Assembly: GCA_010093815.1 (NCBI GenBank)
Contig: ML996578.1
Origin: Pseudovirgaria hyperparasitica
Lineage: Eukaryota
DNA: 64,000 nt
Strand: one strand, 5' to 3'
In this document: piece by piece, positions 13,472 to 25,658 of the stretch
Layout: the number at the start of each line of letters is the position of its first letter
How positions within the stretch are numbered: position 1 is the first letter of the stretch
Notes under the pieces: model-generated
What the model saw: the letters and a program-made list of their open reading frames with translations, nothing else
What the model was told of the DNA's origin: nothing
Database searches by the model: none
Program-made: the position numbers and the translations under genes

Positions 13472-16400
13472 TCAGCTCGCGTCGCGGTAAAATTTCTTGA
13501 ATACAAGGTGCAGGAACAGGTTGACGTTAAGGCGAAGAGCTCCCTGCGCGCCTGCGCCTACACTGGTCGTGCCTCCTCTTAGACTTCCTGCACGCTCATC
13601 CATGGAGGCTCTAGAGCTAGCGCCAGTCTGGAAAAGATTCATGAAAGTATGGTTGTCGAATTGAGCCTGGAGCAGATCGTCGAGCGGGACCTCAGCACTG
13701 GCGCCCGGGATCATCATGCTACCCTGGCTACCTTCGATGAGGAAAATGCCAACTTGGTTGCTGGAGATGGTGAGGTCTATACGATTCCACAAGTGTTCTG
13801 GGAATCCAGACCAAGCGACGACAACGCCCTTGTCGGCGAGTGTGCGAGCAGAGTATTTGAAAGAGCCAAATTTTGGAACACGGCCAGAGCGAGCAAGTTC
13901 ACGTTCATGATTGTACTGTTTGGTGAATGGAAGTAAAAAGCGCCTTTTCCCCTTCTTGTTCTGTAGGGTCACCATGGCTTGTTCGATGTAGTCATTGTAT
14001 GACTTTAGCTGAGCCTCCAGCCAGCCAGCCTTCTCGTCAAGATTATTTAGCGTGGCACGGACACCGTCCAGTTCACGCGTCCGTTGCACTCGGCGACGAT
14101 GTTTCGTCCTAATGTCAACCGCGATGGCATTGAGAAGATCTTGGTATCGGTTATGGCGACTGATTCGACCGGTCTGTTCAAGAGTGAGGATGTTTTCTAG
14201 AGCTGTGCGTTTGAGCTCAGTATATGAGAGATTCGTAATGTCGATGATAGTACTGCTCGATGCTGCGATGTCTGATGTGTAGGCGGACCGCTTCTTGGAG
14301 GCAGGTTGATCGTGAGTAGCGAGCTCCTCGCGAACAAGTTGTTCCCATGACACTTCATCCTCTTGTGTAATCGGCTTGACCATGATGGAAAGTAGATCGG
14401 GTCCAGTTTGTATGCGAATGATGAACAACACACAACGTTTAGTTTCCATGAACAGAGCCTTGACCGCAGCATCTGGGTCTATGACAGATCAGTCGTCTAT
14501 AAAGCAATAGTCGTCTTATTTACTTACCGTCGATATCATGCAATTTTGGGTTGAGCGTAAGACTGATCTCGTTGGTACTGACACCAATCAGCTCACTTTC
14601 GTTGCTCTTCGCGCTTCCAAGCTCTCTGATGACTTCCCGTAAAGTATCGTCTTGAGCGGGACATATCGTTGCGATGTCCTGTACGACAAGTTGATGGATC
14701 GCAAAGATGTCTGCGAGTTTAATGTAAAGCGTAGGCTTCGTTCGTGCGTACAGGTCGTTAAACTCATCAATATCGAATTGCCTTTCTGCGTTCTGAACAT
14801 CGATCACTTGATTCGATATTAGCACAAAAGTTGAGACATCACACCAGTCTACTAGAACTTACTGTTTATCCAGATATCTCCCAGACGCTCCATAGCTTCC
14901 GAGATGTAGCTATTCAATGGCTGGAGATATACGTTGTCCCCACCGAATAGACGGCCAGCTGCTACTTGACCCAACACCTTTGCAACTTCGCCGAGATTGC
15001 GCTTTTGTAGAGGTGCTAGACCACGATCAGCAATACCCCATACCTCAGGTTGGATCAGAGCAGGCTGTAAATAGGTCTTCCAAAGCCACTGTCCGACAAT
15101 CTGAAGGAGGTACTGTTGTTCTTCGTGAGGAAAGCGATCTCGAAGGATTTCGAAAATTTGCTGAGAGACGAAGCGAACTCCATACGGCATTCGTTGCAAG
15201 AGATCCTCAAACGCCGCGAAGAATTGGTCGGCAATATCTCGAAGATCCTGTAGATGATGTATAAACGTTTCACGGGTCTCCTGATCTTTGATAGCTTCCT
15301 CTCGCGGCACATCGACTGGTCGCTGGCTTCTCTGGCCAGTCCGGAGTTCCTCATTGTTGATGGCAGAACGATAGATCTGTAGTGGGTCGCTTTCCAGGTC
15401 GAGGCTCTCATTTTCGATGATATTTTCTTTGATAATAGGCCCGAAGAGATCTCGGAGGAACTTCCGATCTCGAGGAGACCGTATAAAGTTTGCGAACAGT
15501 TTATTCCAGAAGAAGTTGCCGCGCAGGTAGTCCTGCAAACTATCACAGCTGTCGACTTCTTCTCTTATGGCCTTTGTTACTAACTTGAGCAGATAATACT
15601 CCTCTCGTCGCTTCTGCGCAAAGCCGAACAAAACCATCATCAGCTGTTCTGTGCGCTTGCAATCTTTCTCTGCGGTAGCTTGCTCTCTGATTCGCCGAAA
15701 TAAGCGGGCTAAATACTGAGGTTGTGTTTGGAGCATGAAAAAGAGTTCTTGGTAGTGTTCAAGCTTCCGCCGGGAGTTCTTGTTCAGGGCTTTGAGGTCA
15801 AACGGGTCCTTTGACCCTATTTCCTTGTTCGATAGAAGGTTCCCAACAGTCCCACCATAATGTCGCTGATGTTTAACAACCTCATCGAGCGTGATCTTGT
15901 TCTTGACTAATAGCGCGATCTTGATGTCTAGTTGATCAATGTACTGCTCAGCCATCTCATTTTGGCGAACGTGCTGGACAACGGTTTTCCGCATCCGTTC
16001 AAATTCTGTCAAGATGTCAGCCAAGTCGATTGGAAGACCAGTCTTGTACTTACCAATCTCTTCATCAAAGTCAAAATCGCTGTCGTTGAGGAGGTGGACG
16101 AAATTTTTGATGGTCCCAACAGGGGGGTTTTTCCCACATGTTAAACTTTTGTATGCCTCGCCTTGTTGGCGTCCTCGGATGAAGCTCTGGATCTTGACCA
16201 CCTTTTCCATGTTCTGCTTGTAGAATCTCTGCTTCTCGGCATATTGGCGCCGGACAATTGCGCCTCGCATCAGCGCCTGCAGCTCAGTCACAACCTCCTC
16301 TTCAGAGTCAAGCTGGCTCAACAAATGGTCGAGATTTGTGCGGAGTAGCATTGCACGGCACAGGGCCTGAAGTTCAATAGTTGGTGGTTCGTGGATGTTC

Positions 16401-18778
16401 AGCTCGAAGAGGGTGTTATAAGTCTGCTGTCGAAGTGCATAGCCCCTGATGGCGGACTGCAAGTCAATCACTGCAGGCTCGTTCGAGCGTAGAGACTCTA
16501 AAGTAGACAATATCTTCTTTCTCCGGAGATATCCACGTATGTCTGACTGAAGTTCCAGTATGGATTCCTCTTGCCCATGCAAGGCTGTCAATATGGCAGC
16601 CACTTCTTCTCTTAGCCGTGCAGCTCTGATGTGAGACTGCAGTCCCACAACTTCTACCAAGTGTGATCCAAGAGTCTGCTTAATCTGGTTGGTGGACTCT
16701 CGCACAGCATTTCCGCGAAGGATGGACTGAAAACTCGCCCAGTCAACGGCTGTACCAGCCAAGTTCTCTTTCAAGGCTTCCTGCTCTCTTCTGGCAGCAA
16801 GACCCCGGACAGCCGCTTGAAGTAATGTCAAGTTAGTCTCCTGCTGTCGTAGGTTGGTTTGATCGGCTCTTTGCACGCGCCTTTGAAGCATACCACGAAT
16901 ATTGGCTTGCAGTATTTCGATTTCCTTTCGCGCGTTTTTGGTATCATCAACGTCTTGTGCGACTCTCATGCGTAACAATGCGCCTCTGACAGCAGCCTGT
17001 AGGCCTTTGACATGTGTCTCAGCCTCTCTTGTCTGTTCATACTGCTCACCCGCATCTCTACGTGCCAATGCGCCCCGGACAGCAGCTTGGAAGGATCGAA
17101 CGCCTGCCTCATGACTTTGTATCGTGGATCTCAACGTTTGAACCTCTTCTTTCGCAACACGTGCTCGGAACAGGCTTTGCACGAGTGTAACTTCAGGAGT
17201 CTTGTCGGTCCAGTACTGTTCCTTGTTTCTCTTGTGACATCGCACGAGGAAGCCTCGGATGGCGCTTTGAAGGTCTACAGCGAAGATCTTCATATCCATC
17301 CGGTATTGGAAGATTTGTCTTGCAAAGTCTCCTCGTATCCGTGACTGCAAGTCTACAAGCCACTCTTCATTATCCCAAAGATCTTGCATCGCGTCGCCGA
17401 GACGCATCCTAAGCAAGGATCCCTTGACCTGTGCTTGAAAGGCAGCGATATGTTCTTCATTTTCCGCAAGCTCTCGATCCACACGCTCTTGCTCCGATTC
17501 CTGGGGCTCTGGCTCCGGTTCCTCTACAAATTTGGCACTCATTCCCGAAAAGTTTGGCATGGCGACCCCGGACTTATCAAGACCTTTTTGCATAGTTTCA
17601 AGCTCGTGGTCCTCAAATTGCAACTGACCGACAAGATTCCCGATGCGGAAGTCTACTATCCCCTTCCTGTATAGTAGCCATGACAGAGCATGTATACAAT
17701 AAATGACTTTGGGAATATTCTTCTTTTCGTACAGATCAACCAGCTCGAATCTAAACAGCTCAGGCAGCTCAACCTCAGCGAGGAACCGAAAGAAGAGTGC
17801 TATATTGTCGGAGTGTCGAAACTGAAGCCGTGGATTTCTGAAGATACGTAGATTTCGTTCCGGGTAAAGAGATTGGACAATCTCCGCAAACGTAACTCCA
17901 TCTCTTAAGGCCTCTTCGAGCTGCACAATTGGAGGAATGGGCTGTTTTATGATGTCCTCTATCCACTCCTTAGCCTCTCCAATGTGACAAAGATACTCAT
18001 AAGCCTGGAGAAATTGCCGCTGTTGGTCCATCCAATTCCTCCCAGCCCACTCGCTCGACCCAGACTTGCCTCCTCTTTGTGATCTTGATCTTTGCAACTT
18101 CCTTCGGCCCTGCATTCCTGCAACTCCTTGTCCGGGGACCGCTAGATTCGTGAAATCTTCCTCCGCGTTTTGCGCGAATTTTGAGACCGTTCGCAACTGC
18201 TTTGTCGACGAGTGTTGAAGATCCTGAAGCTCTGGCCGCCCCAAGGGAGATATAGTCTGGATTGGTACATTTTCGCGACTCGAACGGCCTGACCCTCGGA
18301 TTGAGTCTGATCTCGAGATTGCTAGAGAATGTACACTTGTAGGAGGTGAGATAGCACCATCTGCAAAGTGTACTGCTTTCCCGCTCTCAGTGCTTTGGGA
18401 ACGATTGTGAAACGAACGATTGGTCCTGTCAGGAATAGGAGGCGAAGCGACAGGTGCTTGTGGTAGAGGTCTTAGGGATTGGCGTACACTCTTATAGGCG
18501 TGTGAGGGATTAACATCTTGTTTCTCAATCTCTTCCATTGACCGAGCGTTAACAATCAAAGCGCTTTCACTCAACCCTCTTTGGTGCCCTAAACCATTAT
18601 ACACCAATCTGCTCGAGCCGTGCGAGGAAACCGTACTCGTGCGACTTGGAGGATATGGATTTGATGAATTTGAATAGGCAGAGGAGCCTGAAGAAGCGTT
18701 CGAGGTGGTGTGGCGCAGAGGACTTGGAGTCGTCGCTTGGCCGAGTTGCGAGCGTGGGTGGTGATATTGATAGGTCAT
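13472..18778 (-). CDS. IQG1: IQGAP-related cytokinesis protein (CH, IQ repeats, RasGAP, RasGAP_C); introns ~16006-16053, 14807-14862, 14479-14527
   Basis: QAYEYLCHIGEAKEWIE CH domain; many LQxxxRGxxxR IQ repeats; GRD and RGCT (FGSFKYSARTL) regions. Confidence 0.95.
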
Positions 18779-19410
18779 GGCCAGCGCAGACGTGCTGAGG
18801 TAGGGAAGGCAATGTTATGTGAAGGCGACATGCGGTGCGCAGTACTCTTCCCCTCGCAGGCAGGAAAAAGGCTGAGTAGGTGGTAGGTGTCAGTCACACC
18901 TTCGGACCTGGACGCAGGCCGCACCTGTTCGTTTGTGTATTCGAATGCCCGACCACAGCCTGGGTAGGTCAACGTTCGTGGACTAAAAAGAGGTAAAAAT
19001 GGTGCTGATTGTGATGTTTCTAGCTAATGAGCGGCAGGACACCGATCGCATTGCAAGGTTCGGCGCAAGAAGGTGGCGTTCGTGATGTCAAAACTGGGAA
19101 TACGCTTTTGGTGTTTTGTTTACTGTTGACACTCTGGTTAGTGTCTTGGCACGAGAGCAGTTGCCGACCGCCGACTTTCTGTTCCGCCCCGCACCAACGC
19201 ACGGATCTTCATTTTTTTAGCACGCTACGATTTTACTTTGCTAATATCATCGTGGGCGCGTCAGCTTCCTTCTTTTTCTTTTTTCTCACTGGGATCAAGC
19301 ACTCACGCCTCTACCCCCGACAGTCAGTCCATAACTCTGTCGTCTCTCTCTTCAAAAAGTCTTCCCTCTGTTCTTTATTGTCAAGTCGAGACCATTCCAT
19401 ATCTCTCGTT

Positions 19411-21299
19411 ATGCCTATCACCAACGGCGATTCCCTAGCACCAAGGAGCGGTGAAGTCCTCAACTTTGCCTCCGCTCTGGATGTCTTGAAGAAAGATTAT
19501 CCTGAGCGCGATGGCATTGATGTCAAGACGCTCGTAGACTCCCGTACTAATGGAGGTCTCACGTACAATGATTTCCTCATTCAACCTGGCTACATTGGTA
19601 CATTCTCGGAGCAGCTGGATTTCCAGTGTAGCTCGTGCTGACTGAATTCGCACAGGCTTTCCAGCTTCTCAGGTCGTCCTTGATTCGCCCGTTACCAAGC
19701 GTATCACTTTGAAGACTCCCTTCATTTCATCGCCTATGGATACTGTGACCGAGCATTCAATGGCCATCTATATGGCTCTCCTTGGCGGTCTTGGTGTAAT
19801 TCACCATAACTGTTCCGCAGATGAACAAGCAGAGATGGTCCGCAAGGTCAAGAGATTCGAAAACGGCTTCATCCTTGACCCGGTCGTAATCTCACCCTCT
19901 ACTACCGTAGGAGAGGCAAAGGCTTTGAAAGAGAAGTGGGGGTTTGGTGGCTTCCCGGTGACTGGTAAGACTTGTCCATGCGCATATACACTTCTCCTTA
20001 TGATGATCAATACATGCCAATTTACAACTTTCGTTCCACCAAGCGGCCCTGGTCGCAATGCGGACACAAATGGAGATTTCTGTCTGATTGGAGATGCCTT
20101 GTTTCCCTTGTCCAAGCCTACTATGCAGGGAAATGATGAGCTAATTCGGTCGTACAGAAAGTGGATCTCTGCGTTCTAAACTCCTCGGTATCGTGACCTC
20201 CCGCGATCTCCAGTTTCATGCCGAATTGGAAGACCCAGTCACGGCCGTCATGGCCACCGATCTCGTCACCGCAAGCACCGGTATCGAGCTTCAGGAGGCG
20301 AACAACATCCTACGGAAGTCAAAGAAAGGCAAACTACCGATCGTAGATGAGGAGGGCAAGCTTGTGTCCCTTTTATCGAGATCTGACTTGATGAAGAACC
20401 TCCATTACCCCCTCGCCTCAAAGCTTCCTCAGTCTAAGCAGCTTATCTCCGCCGCAGCGATCGGAACGCGTCCTGAGGATAAAATAAGATTGCAGAAGCT
20501 TGTCGATGCTGGCTTGGACATTGTGATTCTAGATAGTAGTCAAGGTAATAGCATGTACCAGATCGAAATGATCAAGTACATCAAAGAAACATTTCCCCAA
20601 ATCGATGTAGTCGGAGGAAATGTTGTGAGCCGCGAGCAAGCCGCCAACCTCATTGCCGCTGGTGTAGATGGTCTACGCATCGGCATGGGTAGTGGTAGCG
20701 CCTGCATCACCCAAGAGGTGATGGCCGTCGGCCGGCCGCAAGCCGCTGCCGTGTTCAATGTCACCTCATTTGCAGCCCGTTTCGGTGTGCCCTGCATCGC
20801 GGATGGTGGTATTCAAAATGTAGGCCACATCGTCAAGGGCCTCGCTCTTGGCGCTACGACCGTCATGATGGGTGGTCTCCTTGCCGGTACGACTGAGTCT
20901 CCTGGGCAATACTTCGTCAGCCGCGAGGGTCAGCTCGTCAAGGCATATCGCGGGATGGGCAGCATTGACGCCATGGAAGACAAAAAAGCTGGCGCTGGCG
21001 CCAAAGATTCAAAGGCCAGCAACGCCGGTACCGCGCGCTATTTCTCCGAAGGTGACCGTCTACTAGTTGCACAAGGCGTGTCTGGCTCTGTGCTCGATCG
21101 CGGATCCATTACCAAGTTCGTGCCGTATCTCATGGCCGGTGTGCAGCACTCGCTGCAGGACATTGGCGTGGAGAGTCTGACACAGCTGCGCGAAGACGTC
21201 GTGGCAGGTAAGGTGCGATTTGAGCTTAGGACTGTATCAGCACAGGCCGAGGGCAACGTGCACGGTCTGCACAGCTTTGACAAGAAGTTATACTCGTAG
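19411..21299 (+). CDS. IMPDH: Inosine-5'-monophosphate dehydrogenase with CBS pair; introns ~19598-19655 and 19965-20157
   Basis: [25 protein letters not shown], catalytic [26 protein letters not shown]. Confidence 0.98.
19993..20094 (+). ncRNA. snR54: Intronic box C/D snoRNA, snR54-like
   Basis: C box ATGATGA 20000-20006; D box CTGA 20084-20087; terminal stem TCTCC/GGAGA; guide AACTTTCGTTC (20026-20036) complementary to 18S GAACGAAAGUU. Yeast snR54 is encoded in the IMD4 (IMPDH) intron. Confidence 0.88.
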
Positions 21300-21913
21300 A
21301 GAAGAAAAAGAACCAAAAGTCACTTGCGGCGTAGGGCGCTATATATATGGGACAGGATGTGTGGATGGCATTTGTGTATGATTGTAAATACTCACGCTTG
21401 ATTATACCTTGTAAGCTCGACATCAGCTTTAGTTGCCAACTCGAAATAAAGCATATTTGAGGCTTTTCGACATGTATCTATCTCAGGGCGCCCAAACAGT
21501 GCACACTAGTGTTTCTTGTCTTGCGTTCTGGAGCATATGTTCTACGATCATGCTGATTGATTTGCCTTTCGAAGTTAGATCAATCAATTACGACATATCC
21601 TTTTGTCGATACCTGATTGTAAGAACGATTTGACAGGAATATGTTTTACCTACGGCATTTATCATGACTGTAGGGGTCAACTGATTCTATTGTAATTCGT
21701 TGGATATATGCTTCGTACATTGCACGAACAAGCCCAACCGGTGTAGTAGATTTTCCACGTGACAGCCAGTGCCATGATCCAGAACGCCATACCGGGAATA
21801 TATATCCTCATCGTACCATCCCGGTGTACAATAAAATAAAATAAAAAATACTGGGTATCTCGATTCATATCCATCTTTTCTCCTTGATCCACATTCATGC
21901 AGCCAACTCTTCC

Positions 21914-24900
21914 TCACATCATGACACACTTCACTCTCTCTACTTTCGTCGGCTTTCTCTCACTCGCACCTTGCCCATCCAAGCTCCGCTGGGCAGCTAA
22001 ATCCTGCCATGGATCCATATTTCCTGTAAATGGAGGAGCGCTGACCATCGGACCATCATGCACACGTCCAGGCACCAGTCTCGCGTCAAGGTTGCCACTT
22101 CCAGGATTGCCGCCACCAAGACTCCGGCCGAAACTCCCACTCGTATTTAATCTACTCAAAAGAGGGCGCCTCGAACTTGGTGGATGGGGAAAATCCTCCT
22201 GTCGACGAGGCTCCATGGCAGACGCTGAGCGCGGAGCGGCGAGGGCTTCGGTGGATTGGGCTCGGCGGCCGGATAGGTAGAATTGGGATATAGAGCTGCG
22301 GTGTGAGGATGAGCGTGAGTGTCGAGCGCCGACGGGATGGCGAGGAATGGAGGCGGACGTCTCGAGATAGGCGGATTGTTGCGTGGGTATAGGGGGTCGC
22401 GATGGGTATGGTTGGGATTGAGCATTGGCATGTGTGAGAGAATGTTGCGGTTGTGTATGTGCATAGAGGCTTTGCTGTGGCTGCGGGTAGTTTCGCTGTT
22501 GAAAGGGGTTTTGAGGCATGGACATGCTTGATGCCATAGTTGAAGGACGACCGGGAGTATTCGCATTGCGCATCATACCTACAGGAGGGGGATACTGTGA
22601 TGTACCGGGAATCAGTGGCCGGGAGCGAGGGAGCATGCGATTCGAGGTGGGAGTGGTTGATGGTAGGACTGGTGGTACTCCTTGCTGTTGCTGAACGCGG
22701 ATGAGGTCTGCGACCCCTAAGGTGGAGACTTGCGCGGATGCCGCTTGAGGCGGTTCCATAGGCTCGTCACCTACTGCGCGTCGAATGACTCGGACTGGGG
22801 TAGGTGCAGCGATCCCTGCACCAAGTCTGTCGGCTTCGGTCTGGTTTCGTTGTGTCAGCGCAGGAGAGACATTGATTACAGGCGCAGGTAATGCAACATT
22901 TTCTGCAGGCGATGGTAATGTCGATGATCTGCGTGGTTGGCTGTTTGCGGATACTACAGGGGGACCTCGCGGCAAGACAGCTGAGAAGCTTGTTGGAAGT
23001 GGTGGAACTGGAGGGGCATCGATAGGTGCACCTTGTCGTGATACATCGTGGTTTTGAGAGCGTCTCGAGCTCCTGGGACGTGGTATTGACAGCGTGGGCA
23101 CGCCAGGGAAAGTGTTGCTCGAGCGTATACGGCCTGCTTGAGTGACACGACTGCCTTGAGATGGATGTGGCAATGAAGCTGGCATGGCTGAAGGTGGGGG
23201 TAACACTGCTGGCATTGCTGATGTAGGTGGTCCTCCTGTACGAGGGTATGTGAGGCTCACACTTTCTGGTTCTGCGCGAGGAGTGTACGGAGGAGGCGGC
23301 GGTACCCAGTTATCCGCGTCACTTTCGTGTGGAATCTCTCTCAGACCGTCCGCTCTTCTGTACTCGAGAGGTCGATCTGGAAGCGCTCGGAGGCGATTAC
23401 GAGCTGCTGGAGCTGTAGCTGCAACAGTCGCAGCTCGGTTGAGTGAGGCTTGGGACCTTGGTTGTGAATGATCGTACGGTTGTTCAAAGGCTGCAACAGC
23501 TTCATCACCACCCAATTGATCCTCATCCGTGGATCCAGTCGGGATGTTTGACGCACGTCGGTCGCTATCGCGGCTTGCGGTGGTCGATGATCGACCCAAT
23601 TGGCGAGACAATCTTCGAGCAGCTGCACGATCTTGGGCAGCTTTTTGTGCAACAGTCCTCCGCCTGACGATTTCTACTTCTCGGTCGAAGTCTATGTCCT
23701 CATCTGGTAGTCTCTCGCCAGGCATGAGTGTGTCTAAATCAAAAACGATGCGCTTCGGTACAGCTTCCACGGGCCCTGCAAGGGTCTCGCGGTCAAAATC
23801 AATGATCACGATGGCCCCACTCGAGCTTTGGGAGATATCGGGAATCGATCCATCAGGACTTGAAGCGATGACGTTGCTTCCCACGGCAATGAGACGTTCA
23901 GCACCACCTGGTCCTGATATCTTTAGCCAGCGTAGCGATGCTATCTCTTGCGATCGAGATTCCTCGTCCCGTGGCAAGCGGACCTTCAAACATGGCTCTT
24001 GTGGTGACTCCTGTTCAGAATGGTTGATGTCGTTGAGATATTCCAAATCACCACCTTGACTTTCCGGTAATCGGTACAGCCAAATCTCGGCACATCGATC
24101 TTGTCTCACAGCAATGGCAACATGGTCAGCCAATGGTGACACTGCAGGCATCGCAGCTTCGACAAGACCAGGCTTGATAGACTTTGGGGCATCAGGTAAG
24201 AAGGTCTTGAACTCTTTGAAGCTTGACGATATAACGTCGTATATACCCCAAGTGTGCTTATCTGCGTCGTAAGCAAATAGCTCATTGACTTGTGCAGTCG
24301 TAGCGTCGGGGACCAGAGTTGCTTGCCTGGCTCTTTTGGCCTTTTCGGGGAAAAGTACTTGTGATGTCCAGGCCTTATCGACGTCTAGTAGAATTGGTTC
24401 ACCCTCTTCGGTAAAGGGGCCATCAAAGCTGCCGTGGACAGTGAAGATGGTGGTGGATTTGCGATGGCGGACGACAGTCGTGGCGAGTAGCGTCCTACTA
24501 TCGTCTGAGAAATATAAGCTATCCATTGGGTCGCTGGTCATGATGCGTTTGTCTGGTTCGGAGTCTGCTGCAGCCAGTGAAATGATTTCAATACCATTTC
24601 TACTCCCAACAGCCAAGACCAAACCGTTTGGGGCTAAAGCCAAGCAAGTAGAATCATTAGCAAGATATACAGTCTTGCGTCTCTTGACAATGGTGTCATC
24701 GCCTTCTCTTAGGGAATAGATGTCCAGTTTGGTAGGATTGGTGAGGACTGCGAGCAATGAACCGTCATCCAGGACATCGATAGCAACAGGTTTTCTTCGC
24801 ACTTCAAAGATACGCATAAAGGCACGCGGCAGTTGTTCTGTATAAACTAGCCAGACGTTTTTCGACCCATACACCGCCACCAATTTCCCGTCTCTTGATA

Positions 24901-25270
24901 TTGTGAAGCCAAAGTTCTCAGGTAAAGCGGAGGATGTGGCCGAGTCGGACTGTAGATCAAGTATCGTTGTATGCGGTTGTGAGTGGCCCAGTTCGTCTGG
25001 CTCAGATTCCTCCGTGGTCATTTGCTGAATGGACAGCGGGGCTGCGTGGGTATTCGGGGTAGTAGTACTTGAAGAGGTTCCTTGAGTTGGTACAGGCGAA
25101 GTCTCGTGAATCTCATCGCATTTTGGGGGGCAATTCACGTGTGAAGGGTCGATGCTCAGTGTCTTCTCCCCTCTGCCGGACCTGACTTGGGCTGAGACAT
25201 GACCCGACGCGACAAAATCTTTACTCGTCCTGTGTGAGGCATCTCTTGGAGAAGTAATGTTCCTTGCCAT
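21914..25270 (-). CDS. Uncharacterised protein: WD40/beta-propeller-like N-terminal half, Pro/Ser-rich disordered C-terminal half (start could be ATG ~25021)
   Basis: 1118-codon uninterrupted ORF with repeated beta-strand blades (ISRDGKLVAV, LAPNGLVLAV, FSDDSRTLLA); PPPPPY motif; ends KCVMM. Confidence 0.8.
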   Translation of the reverse strand: MARNITSPRDASHRTSKDFVASGHVSAQVRSGRGEKTLSIDPSHVNCPPKCDEIHETSPVPTQGTSSSTTTPNTHAAPLSIQQMTTEESEPDELGHSQPHTTILDLQSDSATSSALPENFGFTISRDGKLVAVYGSKNVWLVYTEQLPRAFMRIFEVRRKPVAIDVLDDGSLLAVLTNPTKLDIYSLREGDDTIVKRRKTVYLANDSTCLALAPNGLVLAVGSRNGIEIISLAAADSEPDKRIMTSDPMDSLYFSDDSRTLLATTVVRHRKSTTIFTVHGSFDGPFTEEGEPILLDVDKAWTSQVLFPEKAKRARQATLVPDATTAQVNELFAYDADKHTWGIYDVISSSFKEFKTFLPDAPKSIKPGLVEAAMPAVSPLADHVAIAVRQDRCAEIWLYRLPESQGGDLEYLNDINHSEQESPQEPCLKVRLPRDEESRSQEIASLRWLKISGPGGAERLIAVGSNVIASSPDGSIPDISQSSSGAIVIIDFDRETLAGPVEAVPKRIVFDLDTLMPGERLPDEDIDFDREVEIVRRRTVAQKAAQDRAAARRLSRQLGRSSTTASRDSDRRASNIPTGSTDEDQLGGDEAVAAFEQPYDHSQPRSQASLNRAATVAATAPAARNRLRALPDRPLEYRRADGLREIPHESDADNWVPPPPPYTPRAEPESVSLTYPRTGGPPTSAMPAVLPPPSAMPASLPHPSQGSRVTQAGRIRSSNTFPGVPTLSIPRPRSSRRSQNHDVSRQGAPIDAPPVPPLPTSFSAVLPRGPPVVSANSQPRRSSTLPSPAENVALPAPVINVSPALTQRNQTEADRLGAGIAAPTPVRVIRRAVGDEPMEPPQAASAQVSTLGVADLIRVQQQQGVPPVLPSTTPTSNRMLPRSRPLIPGTSQYPPPVGMMRNANTPGRPSTMASSMSMPQNPFQQRNYPQPQQSLYAHTQPQHSLTHANAQSQPYPSRPPIPTQQSAYLETSASIPRHPVGARHSRSSSHRSSISQFYLSGRRAQSTEALAAPRSASAMEPRRQEDFPHPPSSRRPLLSRLNTSGSFGRSLGGGNPGSGNLDARLVPGRVHDGPMVSAPPFTGNMDPWQDLAAQRSLDGQGASERKPTKVERVKCVMM

Positions 25271-25638
25271 GGCTCCTTATTGACGCGTGGCCAGGGCTCG
25301 CAGGATATCAAGGTATTTGAACGTGTCAAGGACGGTTGGAGGGAGCATGACAGCGTTGACGATGCTCGAATGAAACGAGTAGAGATGGCGAGATAGGAAG
25401 ACGGATATGGAGTGTGGATTAGCAATGAGGTGAGACGAAGAGAGAACCAGGTATGATGCTGGCGCTCTTGCGGGGCTTGCAGGTAAGGCAAATTGCCGAT
25501 GGTAGTATTAGTGTTGAAGACGGCGAGGAAGAAGGTCGACAGGCTAGAAGATAGAAGAGCTGCGAGGACGATCCCTAAGACCGAAAGAGCAATCTCTCCG
25601 CTCGACTGGCCCTGCACAGAGCGAGCCTGACAATATTA

Positions 25639-25658
25639 AGAGAGAGAGAGAGAGAGAG
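25639..25658. repeat. (AG)n microsatellite
   Basis: About ten AG units seen directly. Confidence 0.9.

Noticed and set aside
19027..19410. 128-codon in-frame N-terminal extension of IMPDH
   Set aside because: It lies in the IQG1/IMPDH divergent promoter and pyrimidine-rich leader, and its sequence is not protein-like. The conserved start is MPITNGD at 19411.
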